Origin: a virus | Taxonomy: Duplodnaviria > Caudoviricetes | Virus record (IMG/VR): IMGVR_UViG_3300031992_000072 | Coordinates: 1 to 64,000 of that record | Reading direction: 5' to 3' (one strand) | Length of the DNA: 64,000 nt | In this document: one piece after another, positions 20,052 through 29,007 of the stretch | How the letters are laid out: each line of letters starts with the position of its first letter | Numbering within the stretch: the stretch's first letter is position 1 | Program-made: the position numbers and the translations under genes | Notes under the pieces: model-generated | Told to the model about the DNA's origin: nothing | The model's input: the letters and a program-made list of their open reading frames with translations, nothing else | The model's database searches: none

Positions 20052-20097
20052 CCTTTACGGTCTATTTCGCTTGACTTCATATTTCGGTACCTAACTA
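20052..20097 (-). promoter_or_regulatory. 46-bp conserved motif copy 2
   Basis: cctttacggtctatttcgcttgacttcatatttcggtacctaacta, immediately downstream of a terminator. Confidence 0.6.
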
Positions 20098-20131
20098 AAA
20101 AAAGGAGCGAGTAAAAATACCCGCTCCTTTG
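20097..20131 (-). terminator. intrinsic terminator after RT
   Basis: AAAGGAGCGGGTATTTTTACTCGCTCCTTTTTTT on minus strand. Confidence 0.75.
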
Positions 20132-20163
20132 CATAACAAACTAAATATGAAATATTACACAAG

Positions 20164-20231
20164 AAAAGAATGACAATACCCTGGAAACCTGAAAATTTAT
20201 TTTCAGGTTTCCTGGGTTTTGTCTTTCTTTT
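20164..20231. repeat. ~32-bp imperfect hairpin downstream of RT
   Basis: aaaagaatgacaataccctggaaacctgaaaa-ttta-ttttcaggtttcctgggttttgtctttctttt. Confidence 0.85.
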
Positions 20232-20294
20232 ATTGAATGACATACCTTTGTGTGTCATCACATAACATGTAATGAGTCTCTCGACATTTCTTTG

Positions 20295-21446
20295 TTATGC
20301 TATAGTTCCATTCAGGTATTTCTTAAACATGCTGCCAACATTTACAGACCATTTTTTATTGTATTGATCAATTATCTTTTTGAAATACTCAGGTTCTATC
20401 ATGCTGTAATAAGATAGTTGTCCTCTGAGATGCGTTACATCTCCTATATCCCAAAAGTTCTTGTTCTTTGTATCAAGGATGAAAGAACAAAGAGCTGCTT
20501 TGAAATAGTTCTTTTTCTTTACCGAAACTGTAATGTCATTATCCTTATTCAGCAACAATCCAAGACACCAGTTTGCTGATTTCCCAGCCTTTTTTCCGAA
20601 GTGCGTCTTTTCGTTTTTGATTTTAAAAGGCGCTCCAAACTCTTTTAATGTATCTTCAATTAGTTTAACAATTTCTTCATAAGGAAAGCATTTTTCTGCG
20701 GATATATGAATATCATCTGCATATCTGGTGTATATAATTTTCCTATCGGCAAGCATATTAAACAGCTTATGATCGATAGGAATCATCATAATATTTGTGA
20801 GCGTTGGCGAAAGCACTGTACCCTGTGGCAGTCCGCCGTTCAGGAAACCAAGCGATAAAGCTTTTTCTAGTTCGTTTCGTCCTTCTTCAGATTTGCAGAT
20901 TTCTGAAAGAGGAAAGATAATCGAACACATTTTCATAACAAATTCCAGCGTTGTACTCGGAAAGAATCCGCTAAAATCTGTTTTCAAAAACCAGTTACTA
21001 TTATTCCTTTGGTGTTTTTTAACACAATCTACGATACATCTGTCTTCAATATATGCAAAAGCAGATGTATGATACAGAACACCACAGTCATTTTTCAGAA
21101 AACTACTCAGTACTCTTAGTGCGTTCTGTAGTTCGTCGCATGGTGCGTCTATTTGTCTGAAGCCGCCAGTAGTCTTTGGAATTTTAAAGCTGTTATATAA
21201 ACTTTTTCTGTCTTTTTCAAACAAATTACTGTTTAATAAATTAAACTTTCTCAACCAGTTAATCATTCCATTAACATCTATTTTATTTAGAAATGCTTCC
21301 GGAATTTCTTCAAACTTCTTTGTAATAGTAGCACTTGAATAGCTTTTTTCATTTGTAAGTTCGTTTAGAACTATTTTTTCGTTAAATACATCTTCCCAAG
21401 TTAACTGATGAGGTTTGCGATTTTGTTTTACTGTTAAATATATCAT
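20295..21446 (-). CDS. retron-type reverse transcriptase
   Basis: Y.SFKIPKTTGGFRQIDAP, AFAY...IVDCVKKH, KTDFSGFFPS, GLPQGTVLSPTLTN, YTRYADD, CLGL in place of VTGL, C-terminal LRGQLSY. Confidence 0.85.
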   Translation of the reverse strand: MIYLTVKQNRKPHQLTWEDVFNEKIVLNELTNEKSYSSATITKKFEEIPEAFLNKIDVNGMINWLRKFNLLNSNLFEKDRKSLYNSFKIPKTTGGFRQIDAPCDELQNALRVLSSFLKNDCGVLYHTSAFAYIEDRCIVDCVKKHQRNNSNWFLKTDFSGFFPSTTLEFVMKMCSIIFPLSEICKSEEGRNELEKALSLGFLNGGLPQGTVLSPTLTNIMMIPIDHKLFNMLADRKIIYTRYADDIHISAEKCFPYEEIVKLIEDTLKEFGAPFKIKNEKTHFGKKAGKSANWCLGLLLNKDNDITVSVKKKNYFKAALCSFILDTKNKNFWDIGDVTHLRGQLSYYSMIEPEYFKKIIDQYNKKWSVNVGSMFKKYLNGTIA

Positions 21447-21449
21447 TTC

Positions 21450-21730
21450 TTTTGCCTCGCACTTAAACTAAATTACTAGAACCAGTCATCTCGCTGCCTC
21501 CTCGAGTCGCCGCGCTTGATTCTTTTCCGTCGCTTCTTCCCGATTTCGGGGTCTTTGTTTAGGTTTCTGACTTGTGATTTGTCCATGTTTTCATTTTCTA
21601 GCCCTTTCGACATCCTACTGGGCACCGTATCCGGACCACCTCGTGCTTCCAGGAAGGCGTTTTTACCGGGCAAAGTGATACAATTCATTACATGAATTGT
21701 TCAACGAGTGAACGTTGATTTTCTTTAAGT
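21450..21730 (-). ncRNA. candidate RT-associated ncRNA (msr/msd-like leader)
   Basis: 280-nt gap between E1 gene and RT with hairpins TCAACG..CGTTGA and ACAATTCA..TGAATTGT and a long purine-rich stretch; the 70-aa ORF here may be spurious. Confidence 0.4.
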
Positions 21731-21731
21731 G

Positions 21732-22403
21732 TTACAAGACAAGTGTTTCGAAATTAAACGGATTCAGTATCATTGCTCTTTCAAGTTTCTCTTCTTTAAC
21801 AAAATTAACAAAATTTATCACACCAGCCATTGCGACGCTCCACACAGTCGGCATTACGCAAAGTGATACTTTACATGCGCTGACAGGAACATTCTTTTCA
21901 GCTTCTGCGTGAGTAAAATCCATTGTTTCAAGTAACGCTTGAATATCAGAAGTTTTAGTCCAGTCAGCAGCATAATGCTGCGCGGAAACCAAAGCAGTCC
22001 TGAAATCGAACATCGCCTTAATATTCAGGTTATACTTATTCTCTTCGACAATGCGCTTCCTAAGCTCAATATTGTCAACACAAAGAAAAACATAACCATT
22101 CAGCTTATTTCCATCCCAGCCGTCTCCGTATAATTTAATTGTCTTCGCTGCTTCCGGATTAATCTCAACCCAACGGTCATATACACCTTCAAGTTTTGGT
22201 TTATAAAGATTTTTCGTAGTAAACATCTGATTAGCCAGATTATGTTCTTCAACAACGTCAAAGTCATACAAACTGACATTTTTCAAGCCAAATCTGGCAA
22301 GCAGCTCAGCCACCGTAGAACCGACTGAGCCGCAGCCAATGATATGAATTCTGTCTGTACACTTTTCAGGGTTAAAGAACTCAGCACTTTTTGCTAAATT
22401 CAC
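21732..22403 (-). CDS. ThiF/E1-like ubiquitin-activating enzyme
   Basis: IHIIGCGSVGS, YDFDVVEEHNLANQ, FLCVDN, DFR; retains PVSAC but lacks the CxxC Zn pairs. Confidence 0.9.
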   Translation of the reverse strand: MNLAKSAEFFNPEKCTDRIHIIGCGSVGSTVAELLARFGLKNVSLYDFDVVEEHNLANQMFTTKNLYKPKLEGVYDRWVEINPEAAKTIKLYGDGWDGNKLNGYVFLCVDNIELRKRIVEENKYNLNIKAMFDFRTALVSAQHYAADWTKTSDIQALLETMDFTHAEAEKNVPVSACKVSLCVMPTVWSVAMAGVINFVNFVKEEKLERAMILNPFNFETLVL

Positions 22404-23173
22404 CAGTCATACCCTCCGTAATACGTTCCGTCCCAATAGTCATTGAGATAGACTGTTTCGTTTTTTTCGTTTTTTTTACTCTTTTTCTGAACCGGATAAT
22501 AATTCTGATAAGGATAAGTTTTCTTTTCCAGCACCAGTTCTTTTGTAGAAGCGATAAAACCAGAAACTGTGTCGTCTTCGTCTTCAATATCAATCACTAC
22601 ATCGTTTTTATCATAGAACATATTATTATCCAGATCATAAAGATAAGTATTAATATCTCCGCTCTTATTCCAAATCTGGAAAATATAGAAACCAGACTTA
22701 CCCATACTTCTGACAACATCTGCCTGGTTTTGAAGGTCTACTCCTGATGCTGCTGTAGACATCTTTACATGAGAATGCGCCTGAAAATGCATATGTTCAG
22801 CTTCATCATCTGTAAGAGAATTGAAGAACTCAAGAGTATCATTATCTTCAGTGTCAACCTTACTGCCATTTACATACTGCTTACAGATTTTTACATCATA
22901 TACATAATAGAGCGTATCAGACAGTTTCTTGACAAGCCCATACCAGGCGACCTCAGTGTCATAATAATTGACCAAGGCTTCCATACGAACATATGCCTTC
23001 TGAGAATAAACGATAGTAATCTTTTCTTTTGCTTTCATTGAAAAGTCTGTAGAAAATGTGAACTTTGTATCATTCATATTTTCCTTAAACTTTTCCCATT
23101 CTTTTCTAAAGTTTGCAAAGAATGATTCAAGCATTTTATTTTCAACTTCTTCTGTTATTTTAATCGGCTTCAT
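22400..23173 (-). CDS. JAB/MPN-like metallopeptidase (deubiquitinase-like)
   Basis: EVAWYG..., Q.V....VD, HSHVKMSTAASGVD (HxH-x9/10-D motif). Confidence 0.8.
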   Translation of the reverse strand: MKPIKITEEVENKMLESFFANFRKEWEKFKENMNDTKFTFSTDFSMKAKEKITIVYSQKAYVRMEALVNYYDTEVAWYGLVKKLSDTLYYVYDVKICKQYVNGSKVDTEDNDTLEFFNSLTDDEAEHMHFQAHSHVKMSTAASGVDLQNQADVVRSMGKSGFYIFQIWNKSGDINTYLYDLDNNMFYDKNDVVIDIEDEDDTVSGFIASTKELVLEKKTYPYQNYYPVQKKSKKNEKNETVYLNDYWDGTYYGGYDW

Positions 23174-24630
23174 TCTTCTTTCTCCTTGTCAACCAAATAA
23201 ATCAACGCTTCTTCAGGAGTCATATCTACCCCATCTTTACGGCGAAGAACTTTCTCACGGCTGGTCAGAAGCCAACCAAGAAACGGTCTGAAGTTCTGTT
23301 CAGTTTCTTCAAGATTAACAGAACCTGCGGAAGCACAGCAATATTCAACCGCAACAATATAATTACGATTCAACATTGCATCAATAATCCTGTCGCCAAA
23401 CTGACCGAAACAGGAATAATTCTTAAAATGAGGATTCGGAATATATTCTTTCAATTCCGGATCAGCAACTACATAATCATACGTTCTTGTTGACGTACAA
23501 TTGCAACTATCAAAGTCAAGCGTATAATTACTGCAAATTTTAATCGCAAATTCAGGGCTTTCACAGAAAATGCTGTTCAACAAAATCTTCCTGTTTTCAC
23601 GGTCTTTGAATGCATCGAGCAGGTTATTCTGCATATACTTGCCGTCAAAGATATGTCCTGCTTTTGCAAAGCTTTCCCATGCATCCTCATTATAATTATT
23701 CAGCAAAGTACCAACCGCAAATGTAAGCTTGCTTCCCTGGATCTTCAGATTAAACAGTTGCTTATTTGTGCTGAGATATTCAACAAATTCATCTTCAAGA
23801 TCATTCACATTTTCAGTTGCTTTCAGTCCTTCATAAAGAACAATAAGTTCCTTCAGATGCTTAATTGCGTTTGTATATTCAGTCTTTGTCGATTCTACAT
23901 ACCGCCTCTGATCTGATACATCCCTGAAAGCATGATTGACTTTACCTTCATGCATTGCCTTCAGAAGTGTACCAAGCATCATGCGTCTGAAGTCCATTGT
24001 ATAAGGAGCTACCGCATTCTTGATGCTCTGAACAAACGCAAGCTTATCATTCTTTGCGAGCGTTGTAATGATCGAATAATCTTTCTGTTCAAGAGGCTTA
24101 TACTTAAACAGATTCGGCATCATAAGACTAAGGAACGAAATAAGAAGATGATAATATTTTATATCCTTGGATCTGATAAAGATTGCCGCAATATTCTTTT
24201 CTTTATGCCGAGCAGCAATACAATCCACATCAGCTTTTTCTTTCAGAAAAGCACCAATCTTTTCAATAATAACATAATCATGAAGCGCCAAATCAGACTT
24301 AACATTATCATAATTATGCGTATATGTATAATAGCAAAACATCGGAACGTCTGTAAGAGATTCTTCTCTATCAAACAGATTCAATACTGCTGAACTTTCT
24401 TCTGGATACGAACAATAAACACCACTAATACCTTTATAAGGATTGATTCTTTCTTTCAGAAGAGCAATCCCAAGACATGTCAACGAGTAATCAGGCTCGT
24501 TTTCCAGCCTGGAAATAGTGTCAATATACTCCTGTGGAATAGGATCGATAGGATTCTGAATATATTCTCTGAACATTTCTTTTGTTTCTCCGTTTCTTTT
24601 ATTAAAATTAGGGGAGCTGATATATTTCAA
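23170..24630 (-). CDS. large protein with coiled coil and putative C-terminal prokaryotic E2-like domain
   Basis: C-terminal PNPHFKNYSCFG resembles the PH/N...C-x-G signature of prokaryotic E2 families; operon context between Ubl and JAB. Confidence 0.5.
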   Translation of the reverse strand: MKYISSPNFNKRNGETKEMFREYIQNPIDPIPQEYIDTISRLENEPDYSLTCLGIALLKERINPYKGISGVYCSYPEESSAVLNLFDREESLTDVPMFCYYTYTHNYDNVKSDLALHDYVIIEKIGAFLKEKADVDCIAARHKEKNIAAIFIRSKDIKYYHLLISFLSLMMPNLFKYKPLEQKDYSIITTLAKNDKLAFVQSIKNAVAPYTMDFRRMMLGTLLKAMHEGKVNHAFRDVSDQRRYVESTKTEYTNAIKHLKELIVLYEGLKATENVNDLEDEFVEYLSTNKQLFNLKIQGSKLTFAVGTLLNNYNEDAWESFAKAGHIFDGKYMQNNLLDAFKDRENRKILLNSIFCESPEFAIKICSNYTLDFDSCNCTSTRTYDYVVADPELKEYIPNPHFKNYSCFGQFGDRIIDAMLNRNYIVAVEYCCASAGSVNLEETEQNFRPFLGWLLTSREKVLRRKDGVDMTPEEALIYLVDKEKEE

Positions 24631-24654
24631 TCAGCTCCCCGTATATTACGGAGA

Positions 24655-25263
24655 TTATTTAGCAATAATCAGCTTATCAATCTCCGCTTCCTTTTCCGTG
24701 ATTTCCTTCAGCAGATCAGGAATTTCCTTTTCAATTTGATTCAGGTCAAGCAGTGCAGAACCCATAATGTCCTTCACCGCAGCCAGCTTATCATCGACAT
24801 CCTCGTCGAGCAGGACGGTCACAGTGGCCTTGCCGCCGTCATTGGTATAGGTGCCGAAGCAGACACCATATTCATTGATAGAGCCACTGCCACTGCAGGT
24901 CTTCACCTTAAACAGAGCGTCACCGTCTTCATCAACGATCTTCAGCGCTTCGGGAGCATACTTTTCTACACGCTCCCAGTCTTCCCGAGCCACATCAGAT
25001 ACAACAACAGCAGAAGCACCGGAAATTTCAACATGAGCAGCATTGTCGATCTTCACGATGGAAGACAGACGGCACTCCTTGTCGACGCCCCACTCACGCA
25101 GAGTCTTGTCCATTCCGGCAGGGTCAATACGAGTACCATCGATACAGTTGGTGGCTACAGAATAGTCCACGTCGAAAGCATCGAAGATCTCACGGATAGT
25201 GGTTCCTTCATCAAACAGGTCACTCTTGCGTCCAGCGGCAGTGGTAACATAAACTTTAATCAT
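24655..25263 (-). CDS. ubiquitin-like (beta-grasp) protein fused to a C-terminal domain
   Basis: N-terminal ~75 aa MIKVYV...TTIREIFDAFDVDY...IDG...MDKTLREWGV...LSSIVKIDNA fits a Ub-like pattern; strong RBS, GC-rich codons. Confidence 0.65.
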   Translation of the reverse strand: MIKVYVTTAAGRKSDLFDEGTTIREIFDAFDVDYSVATNCIDGTRIDPAGMDKTLREWGVDKECRLSSIVKIDNAAHVEISGASAVVVSDVAREDWERVEKYAPEALKIVDEDGDALFKVKTCSGSGSINEYGVCFGTYTNDGGKATVTVLLDEDVDDKLAAVKDIMGSALLDLNQIEKEIPDLLKEITEKEAEIDKLIIAK

Positions 25264-25395
25264 CTTTTAATCTCTCCTTTTCTTTTATTAATCTTTTTAA
25301 TAGATGATTATTATATATAGCAAGTTTCCTTGCAATATACCAAAAGTAAGAAAAACAAATTGTAAGGGAATGAGGTCAAGCATGGAGCCCATCCC

Positions 25396-25441
25396 TCATA
25401 GTAATTGGCGGAGTTTACGACGCCAGGATGTAGAAACTATA
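25396..25441 (-). promoter_or_regulatory. 46-nt structured leader motif copy 1 (second copy at 34839)
   Basis: TATAGTTTC....CCTGGCG-TCGTAAACTC-CGCCAATTACTATGA; covarying stem between copies. Confidence 0.5.
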
Positions 25442-25544
25442 TTTTGTATTAAAGAGAAAATGTGCCGTAAGACCAGTCTTAAAAATCTTACGGCACAATT
25501 CTTCCCGGGCGCAAAACCACGCATTCATAGGAAGAAATGCTCTT

Positions 25545-25925
25545 ACTAACCAGTCTTACTGCCTATGCCTGATCGTCTTCGTTTTACAACAGTTGACTAA
25601 ACTGATACGACGACATCACAGAATAGGCGCTGTAACTTCAGAGCCGGGAGTCACCCTGTTAACAAGTCGGTTTATCCTCATGCTTAGGAGTTGGATTCTT
25701 CTTTCGCGTCCGCCGAGAAGAGAAAGAAGATTTCGACACTACGCCACCAGGCGGGCTGTTAAGAAAAGGTCGGCTAAGCTGATTAGCCAGTTACTTTACC
25801 TTCCTGATTATTTGGTTAGTGTCTTTAGTATAGTATTACAGGGACTTGTTCGGTATTTAGTCTGCGCAAACATCAACCGCGCCTCACATTAAGTTCTCAT
25901 AGCGCAGAGAACCCCTGTAATACTA
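25545..25925 (-). ncRNA. candidate structured ncRNA downstream of tRNA-Gln
   Basis: 13-bp stem tagtattacaggg/ccctgtaatacta (25831/25913), actaacca/tggttagt (25545/25813), several hairpins, no credible ORF. Confidence 0.45.
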
Positions 25926-25926
25926 A

Positions 25927-26004
25927 TGGCTGGCGTGGCTGGATTCGAACCAGCGGAGTCTCCGGGTCAAAGCCGGATTCGTTAAACCGCTTCGACACAC
26001 GCCA
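25927..26004 (-). tRNA. tRNA-Gln (TTG) with encoded CCA
   Basis: TGGCGTG acceptor, TCCGG CTTTGAC CCGGA, GCTGG TTCGAAT CCAGC, CACGCCA G CCA. Confidence 0.9.
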
Positions 26005-26187
26005 ATGTAAAAAGCCGCATAAAGCGGCTAAGTAGAAGGTAGAAGTCCTTTTATCATGCACTCAGATTCTATTTTCTATACATGGTTTACGTGCGCACCT
26101 GAGCCCTTTTTATTCGCCCGATCAAGGAACGAGCCAATCTGTGCCTTTGGTGGACTTCAATATCAGGCGTCCCTGAATTTCCCTTCC

Positions 26188-26258
26188 TGGTGCCAGCCCC
26201 GGGAGTCGAACCCAAGCCGAGCGCATAATTGCACCCTCTTCCGCTGAGTTAGGCTGAC
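26188..26258 (-). tRNA. tRNA-like element with shortened anticodon loop, encoded CCA
   Basis: GTCAGCC/GGCTGGC acceptor, D arm, TTGGG TTCGACT CCCGG, ACCA; anticodon arm GTGCA-ATTA-TGCGC has a 4-6-nt loop. Confidence 0.65.
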
Positions 26259-26353
26259 ATATTATTTTTTCATTCTATTGTTAAGATCTGCAATTGTATA
26301 TAAGATCCAACCAATTAATCCAAAGACAAGAATAACATTGATTAATCCAGTAA

Positions 26354-26611
26354 TCATTTAGATTCCTTCCTTTTTCCATCAGCACAGAACCAATCCTTAT
26401 CCGGCTTGAATTTTATGTTGTGTTCATTTCTCATGTTCCTACAATATCCATCATCCATGAAACCATAGTGGTCAATTAAAAATCTGCAATCTTTGCAACG
26501 GACAAGTTCTCCGTGATTGTCATTCCATTGATAATCAGAACCGAGCTCACCGCCTGTCCAATATGATTCTATAAATTCAATTTTTCTTTTTTGCGGTCTG
26601 CTTTCGCTCAT
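26354..26611 (-). CDS. VRCKDC...WFCADG family Zn-finger protein
   Basis: motif shared with 27309 and 28245 ORFs. Confidence 0.65.
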   Translation of the reverse strand: MSESRPQKRKIEFIESYWTGGELGSDYQWNDNHGELVRCKDCRFLIDHYGFMDDGYCRNMRNEHNIKFKPDKDWFCADGKRKESK

Positions 26612-26619
26612 TTTTCACT

Positions 26620-27123
26620 TCACCGACCTTCCTGCTTCATCTTTGCACCGCAATGCGGACAGTAATCAAATTCTTCTGTGCAATTGTCCATAATGCTAAA
26701 AACGTGCTTACAGGCAGAACAAACAATGTGACTATCAGAATATGTTCCGTCATACGCAAGGCACTCCGGATATTCAATCCATTCCGCTTCCTGCTTTTTC
26801 AGCATGGAAACAATATCATCCATCTTTGAGCCAAGACCTTTTCCAATTTGCTCAAGTTGTGACAATGCAGTATCCCGTTCCCAACGAATTTGGTCTACGA
26901 CTCCTTGTGATACAAACTTTGGTGGAGCATCATGGAATTTGTGTTTCCATTCGATGACTTCAAGGCATAATTTATCTTTGTCTTTTTGTAATTTACGCAA
27001 CCGCTCTTCCTGCTCTTTCAGCAGTTCAAGAATGTATTCCGCATCCTCTTTCATCAGCCGAACATCCTCAATGTCTCCTGCTTCCTTTATTGCAGTAGAC
27101 AGTTTCAATTCAATAATCGTCAT
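26620..27123 (-). CDS. hypothetical protein with C-terminal CSAC...CPHCGAKM Zn ribbon
   Basis: AAAGGAG RBS before MTIIELK. Confidence 0.65.
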   Translation of the reverse strand: MTIIELKLSTAIKEAGDIEDVRLMKEDAEYILELLKEQEERLRKLQKDKDKLCLEVIEWKHKFHDAPPKFVSQGVVDQIRWERDTALSQLEQIGKGLGSKMDDIVSMLKKQEAEWIEYPECLAYDGTYSDSHIVCSACKHVFSIMDNCTEEFDYCPHCGAKMKQEGR

Positions 27124-27322
27124 TCTGCAATACGCTCCTTTCGTCCTTGTGGTAAATGTAGTCATGCACCATATTCTCAATAAACGTTTGTACAGAACCA
27201 AATCCGTGTAGTTGTTCAAGGTATTCATATTCCTTCGGAGACAATCTGATGTTTACGATTTCATGATACGGACTATATGTATAGTGCAGTCCGTTTTCTT
27301 CTTTGACTTCATTGAGTATCAT
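27110..27322 (-). CDS. hypothetical protein
   Basis: MILNEVK start overlapping upstream stop. Confidence 0.5.
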   Translation of the reverse strand: MILNEVKEENGLHYTYSPYHEIVNIRLSPKEYEYLEQLHGFGSVQTFIENMVHDYIYHKDERSVLQNDDY

Positions 27323-27611
27323 CGTCTTTCCTTTCCCCGTCAGCGCAGAACCAATTATCTTCTGGATACCATGAATACCATTCGTCACCACAGCAACGGC
27401 ACGGGCATTTGCTTCCTTCTGGAAACTCAAGATCAAAACCGCTTTCATACGTTTCCCAATCTGGTTTCTTTGGTCTGTGCTTGCAATCCTTGCAACGGAC
27501 AACTGCTTCCTGCTCTTTCAGTAGGGAAATAGTGTCTGATATTAACTTCATCGTTTCTTTTGAACCATGAAGTTTTCTAAGTTCTTTGATAACCTTCTCC
27601 CTGTCAGGCAT
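27309..27611 (-). CDS. VRCKDC...WFCADG family Zn-finger protein
   Basis: MPDREKVI...VVRCKDCKH...NWFCADGERK. Confidence 0.7.
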   Translation of the reverse strand: MPDREKVIKELRKLHGSKETMKLISDTISLLKEQEAVVRCKDCKHRPKKPDWETYESGFDLEFPEGSKCPCRCCGDEWYSWYPEDNWFCADGERKDDDTQ

Positions 27612-27647
27612 GTAAACATCTCCTTTCTTTTGATCTATAGTTTCCTT

Positions 27648-28031
27648 TTACGAAGTTAATTCAGCATATTCCTTTGCCTTATATCCTGCATTCTTCAGCC
27701 ATTCAGCAACCAAATGCCTATGGCAGAAATCATCAGGCTTTTCATAACAGATCAAAGCAAATTGTTTACCGCCAGATAAATTGTACAGCTCATCCACAAC
27801 ATATGCTGGATTCAGATTTTCAAGCACTTCATTGTAAAAATGCTCGACATAATACTGATTGTCGTGATTTTTCTTCCATTCCATGAAGAAACCGATTTTC
27901 GGTGCAAGTTTCTTATACTGGATACCTTCGTACCATTCCGGTGCTTTTCCGCATATGGATATTGGTACAATCTCTGACGGCAGTTTTTTCAACTTGCCAA
28001 AGTATGATGTATAAATCATCTGCTCAGGCAT
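27648..28031 (-). CDS. DUF488-family protein
   Basis: IYTSYF...PISI...LAP...LICYEKPDDFCHRHLVAEWL. Confidence 0.8.
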   Translation of the reverse strand: MPEQMIYTSYFGKLKKLPSEIVPISICGKAPEWYEGIQYKKLAPKIGFFMEWKKNHDNQYYVEHFYNEVLENLNPAYVVDELYNLSGGKQFALICYEKPDDFCHRHLVAEWLKNAGYKAKEYAELTS

Positions 28032-28239
28032 TCCGCTTCACCGCCTTTTCATCACAATTGTTGTTTTTACACGTCACCATTTTCCCAAAATACGTGCCGC
28101 CAAGTTTTTGAATGACGTCTTTTATTACAATTCTTGTTTGAATCGGATATGCCTCATTAACATCATCTTCTTGTGCTATGTCTTCAAGAAGTCCAAGTAA
28201 AATCATGCTTTCAGTTAGAGTGAGTTGTACTAAAAACAT
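28024..28239 (-). CDS. hypothetical protein
   Basis: 71-aa ORF in operon. Confidence 0.5.
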   Translation of the reverse strand: MFLVQLTLTESMILLGLLEDIAQEDDVNEAYPIQTRIVIKDVIQKLGGTYFGKMVTCKNNNCDEKAVKRNA

Positions 28240-28244
28240 TTACT

Positions 28245-28547
28245 TCACCCTTCTTTCCGTTTTCCATAAGCGCAGAACCAATCCGGTTCGTGGGAATTTC
28301 CGTCTATTCCGCAAACAACGTCTCCTGTTCGTTCCCAACATTTCTTATTACTGCAATCCTTGCACTGGACAATTTGTGGATGTTCTTTTAGAATCTCAAG
28401 GATTTTGCAAATATGTTTTGCGTTAATACCTATTACCTTCGTCACACTTGCTAATGCTTTTATGTCTTGTGTATTTTGATATGTTCCAAACGCAGAATAT
28501 ACAGACAAAACGGTGACTAATACAATCAAAATAACTACTGCTATCAT
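28245..28547 (-). CDS. membrane-anchored VQCKDC...WFCAYG family protein
   Basis: N-terminal hydrophobic helix plus shared C-terminal Cys motif. Confidence 0.6.
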   Translation of the reverse strand: MIAVVILIVLVTVLSVYSAFGTYQNTQDIKALASVTKVIGINAKHICKILEILKEHPQIVQCKDCSNKKCWERTGDVVCGIDGNSHEPDWFCAYGKRKEG

Positions 28548-28813
28548 TTACTTCATCCCATTTTCTTAAATATTAACATCAACGATAAACAAACAAATAT
28601 TAACGATAAAATATATCTAATATCTTTCAACACTGCAACAAGTTCATTCATTCTTGTTTACCGCCCATTTTTGTGAAATCCATGCCAATCATGATATCTG
28701 CCCATTTTTCTTTTGAATCGTGCTTTTTTATATGCTTTTCTTATTGGAACAACACCATTATTAGTTACAATATATAAAACTATTCTGTTCATTTCCATTT
28801 TACAAACTTTCCA

Positions 28814-29002
28814 TTAATTATATCCATGTTCAATCGCCCATTCGCTTTCGTGTGCAAGCTTTCCGTATTTATCGATGTAATCAGAGGCTTCTCCTCTTGT
28901 TTGCCCTTCAAACTTTGGCAATGGATATAGGCTATAATTCTGCATTTCGTCAATATGCTTTTTTTGCTTATCTGTTATCGGTCTTAATCTCCACGAATTC
29001 AT
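28814..29002 (-). CDS. hypothetical protein
   Basis: 62-aa ORF, common phage motif TDKQ...TRGEASDYID. Confidence 0.55.
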   Translation of the reverse strand: MNSWRLRPITDKQKKHIDEMQNYSLYPLPKFEGQTRGEASDYIDKYGKLAHESEWAIEHGYN

Positions 29003-29007
29003 TTTAC

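Noticed and set aside
20295-21730. Diversity-generating retroelement or group II intron
   Set aside because: RT has LPQG and retron-like motifs rather than the DGR LPIG..SQ or a maturase domain; I found no TR/VR pair by eye.
25396-25500. Purine riboswitch
   Set aside because: GTTTCTAC, CGTAAA and ACTATGAG resemble the 3' half, but P1 5' and P2 elements are missing and the second copy lacks CTAC.
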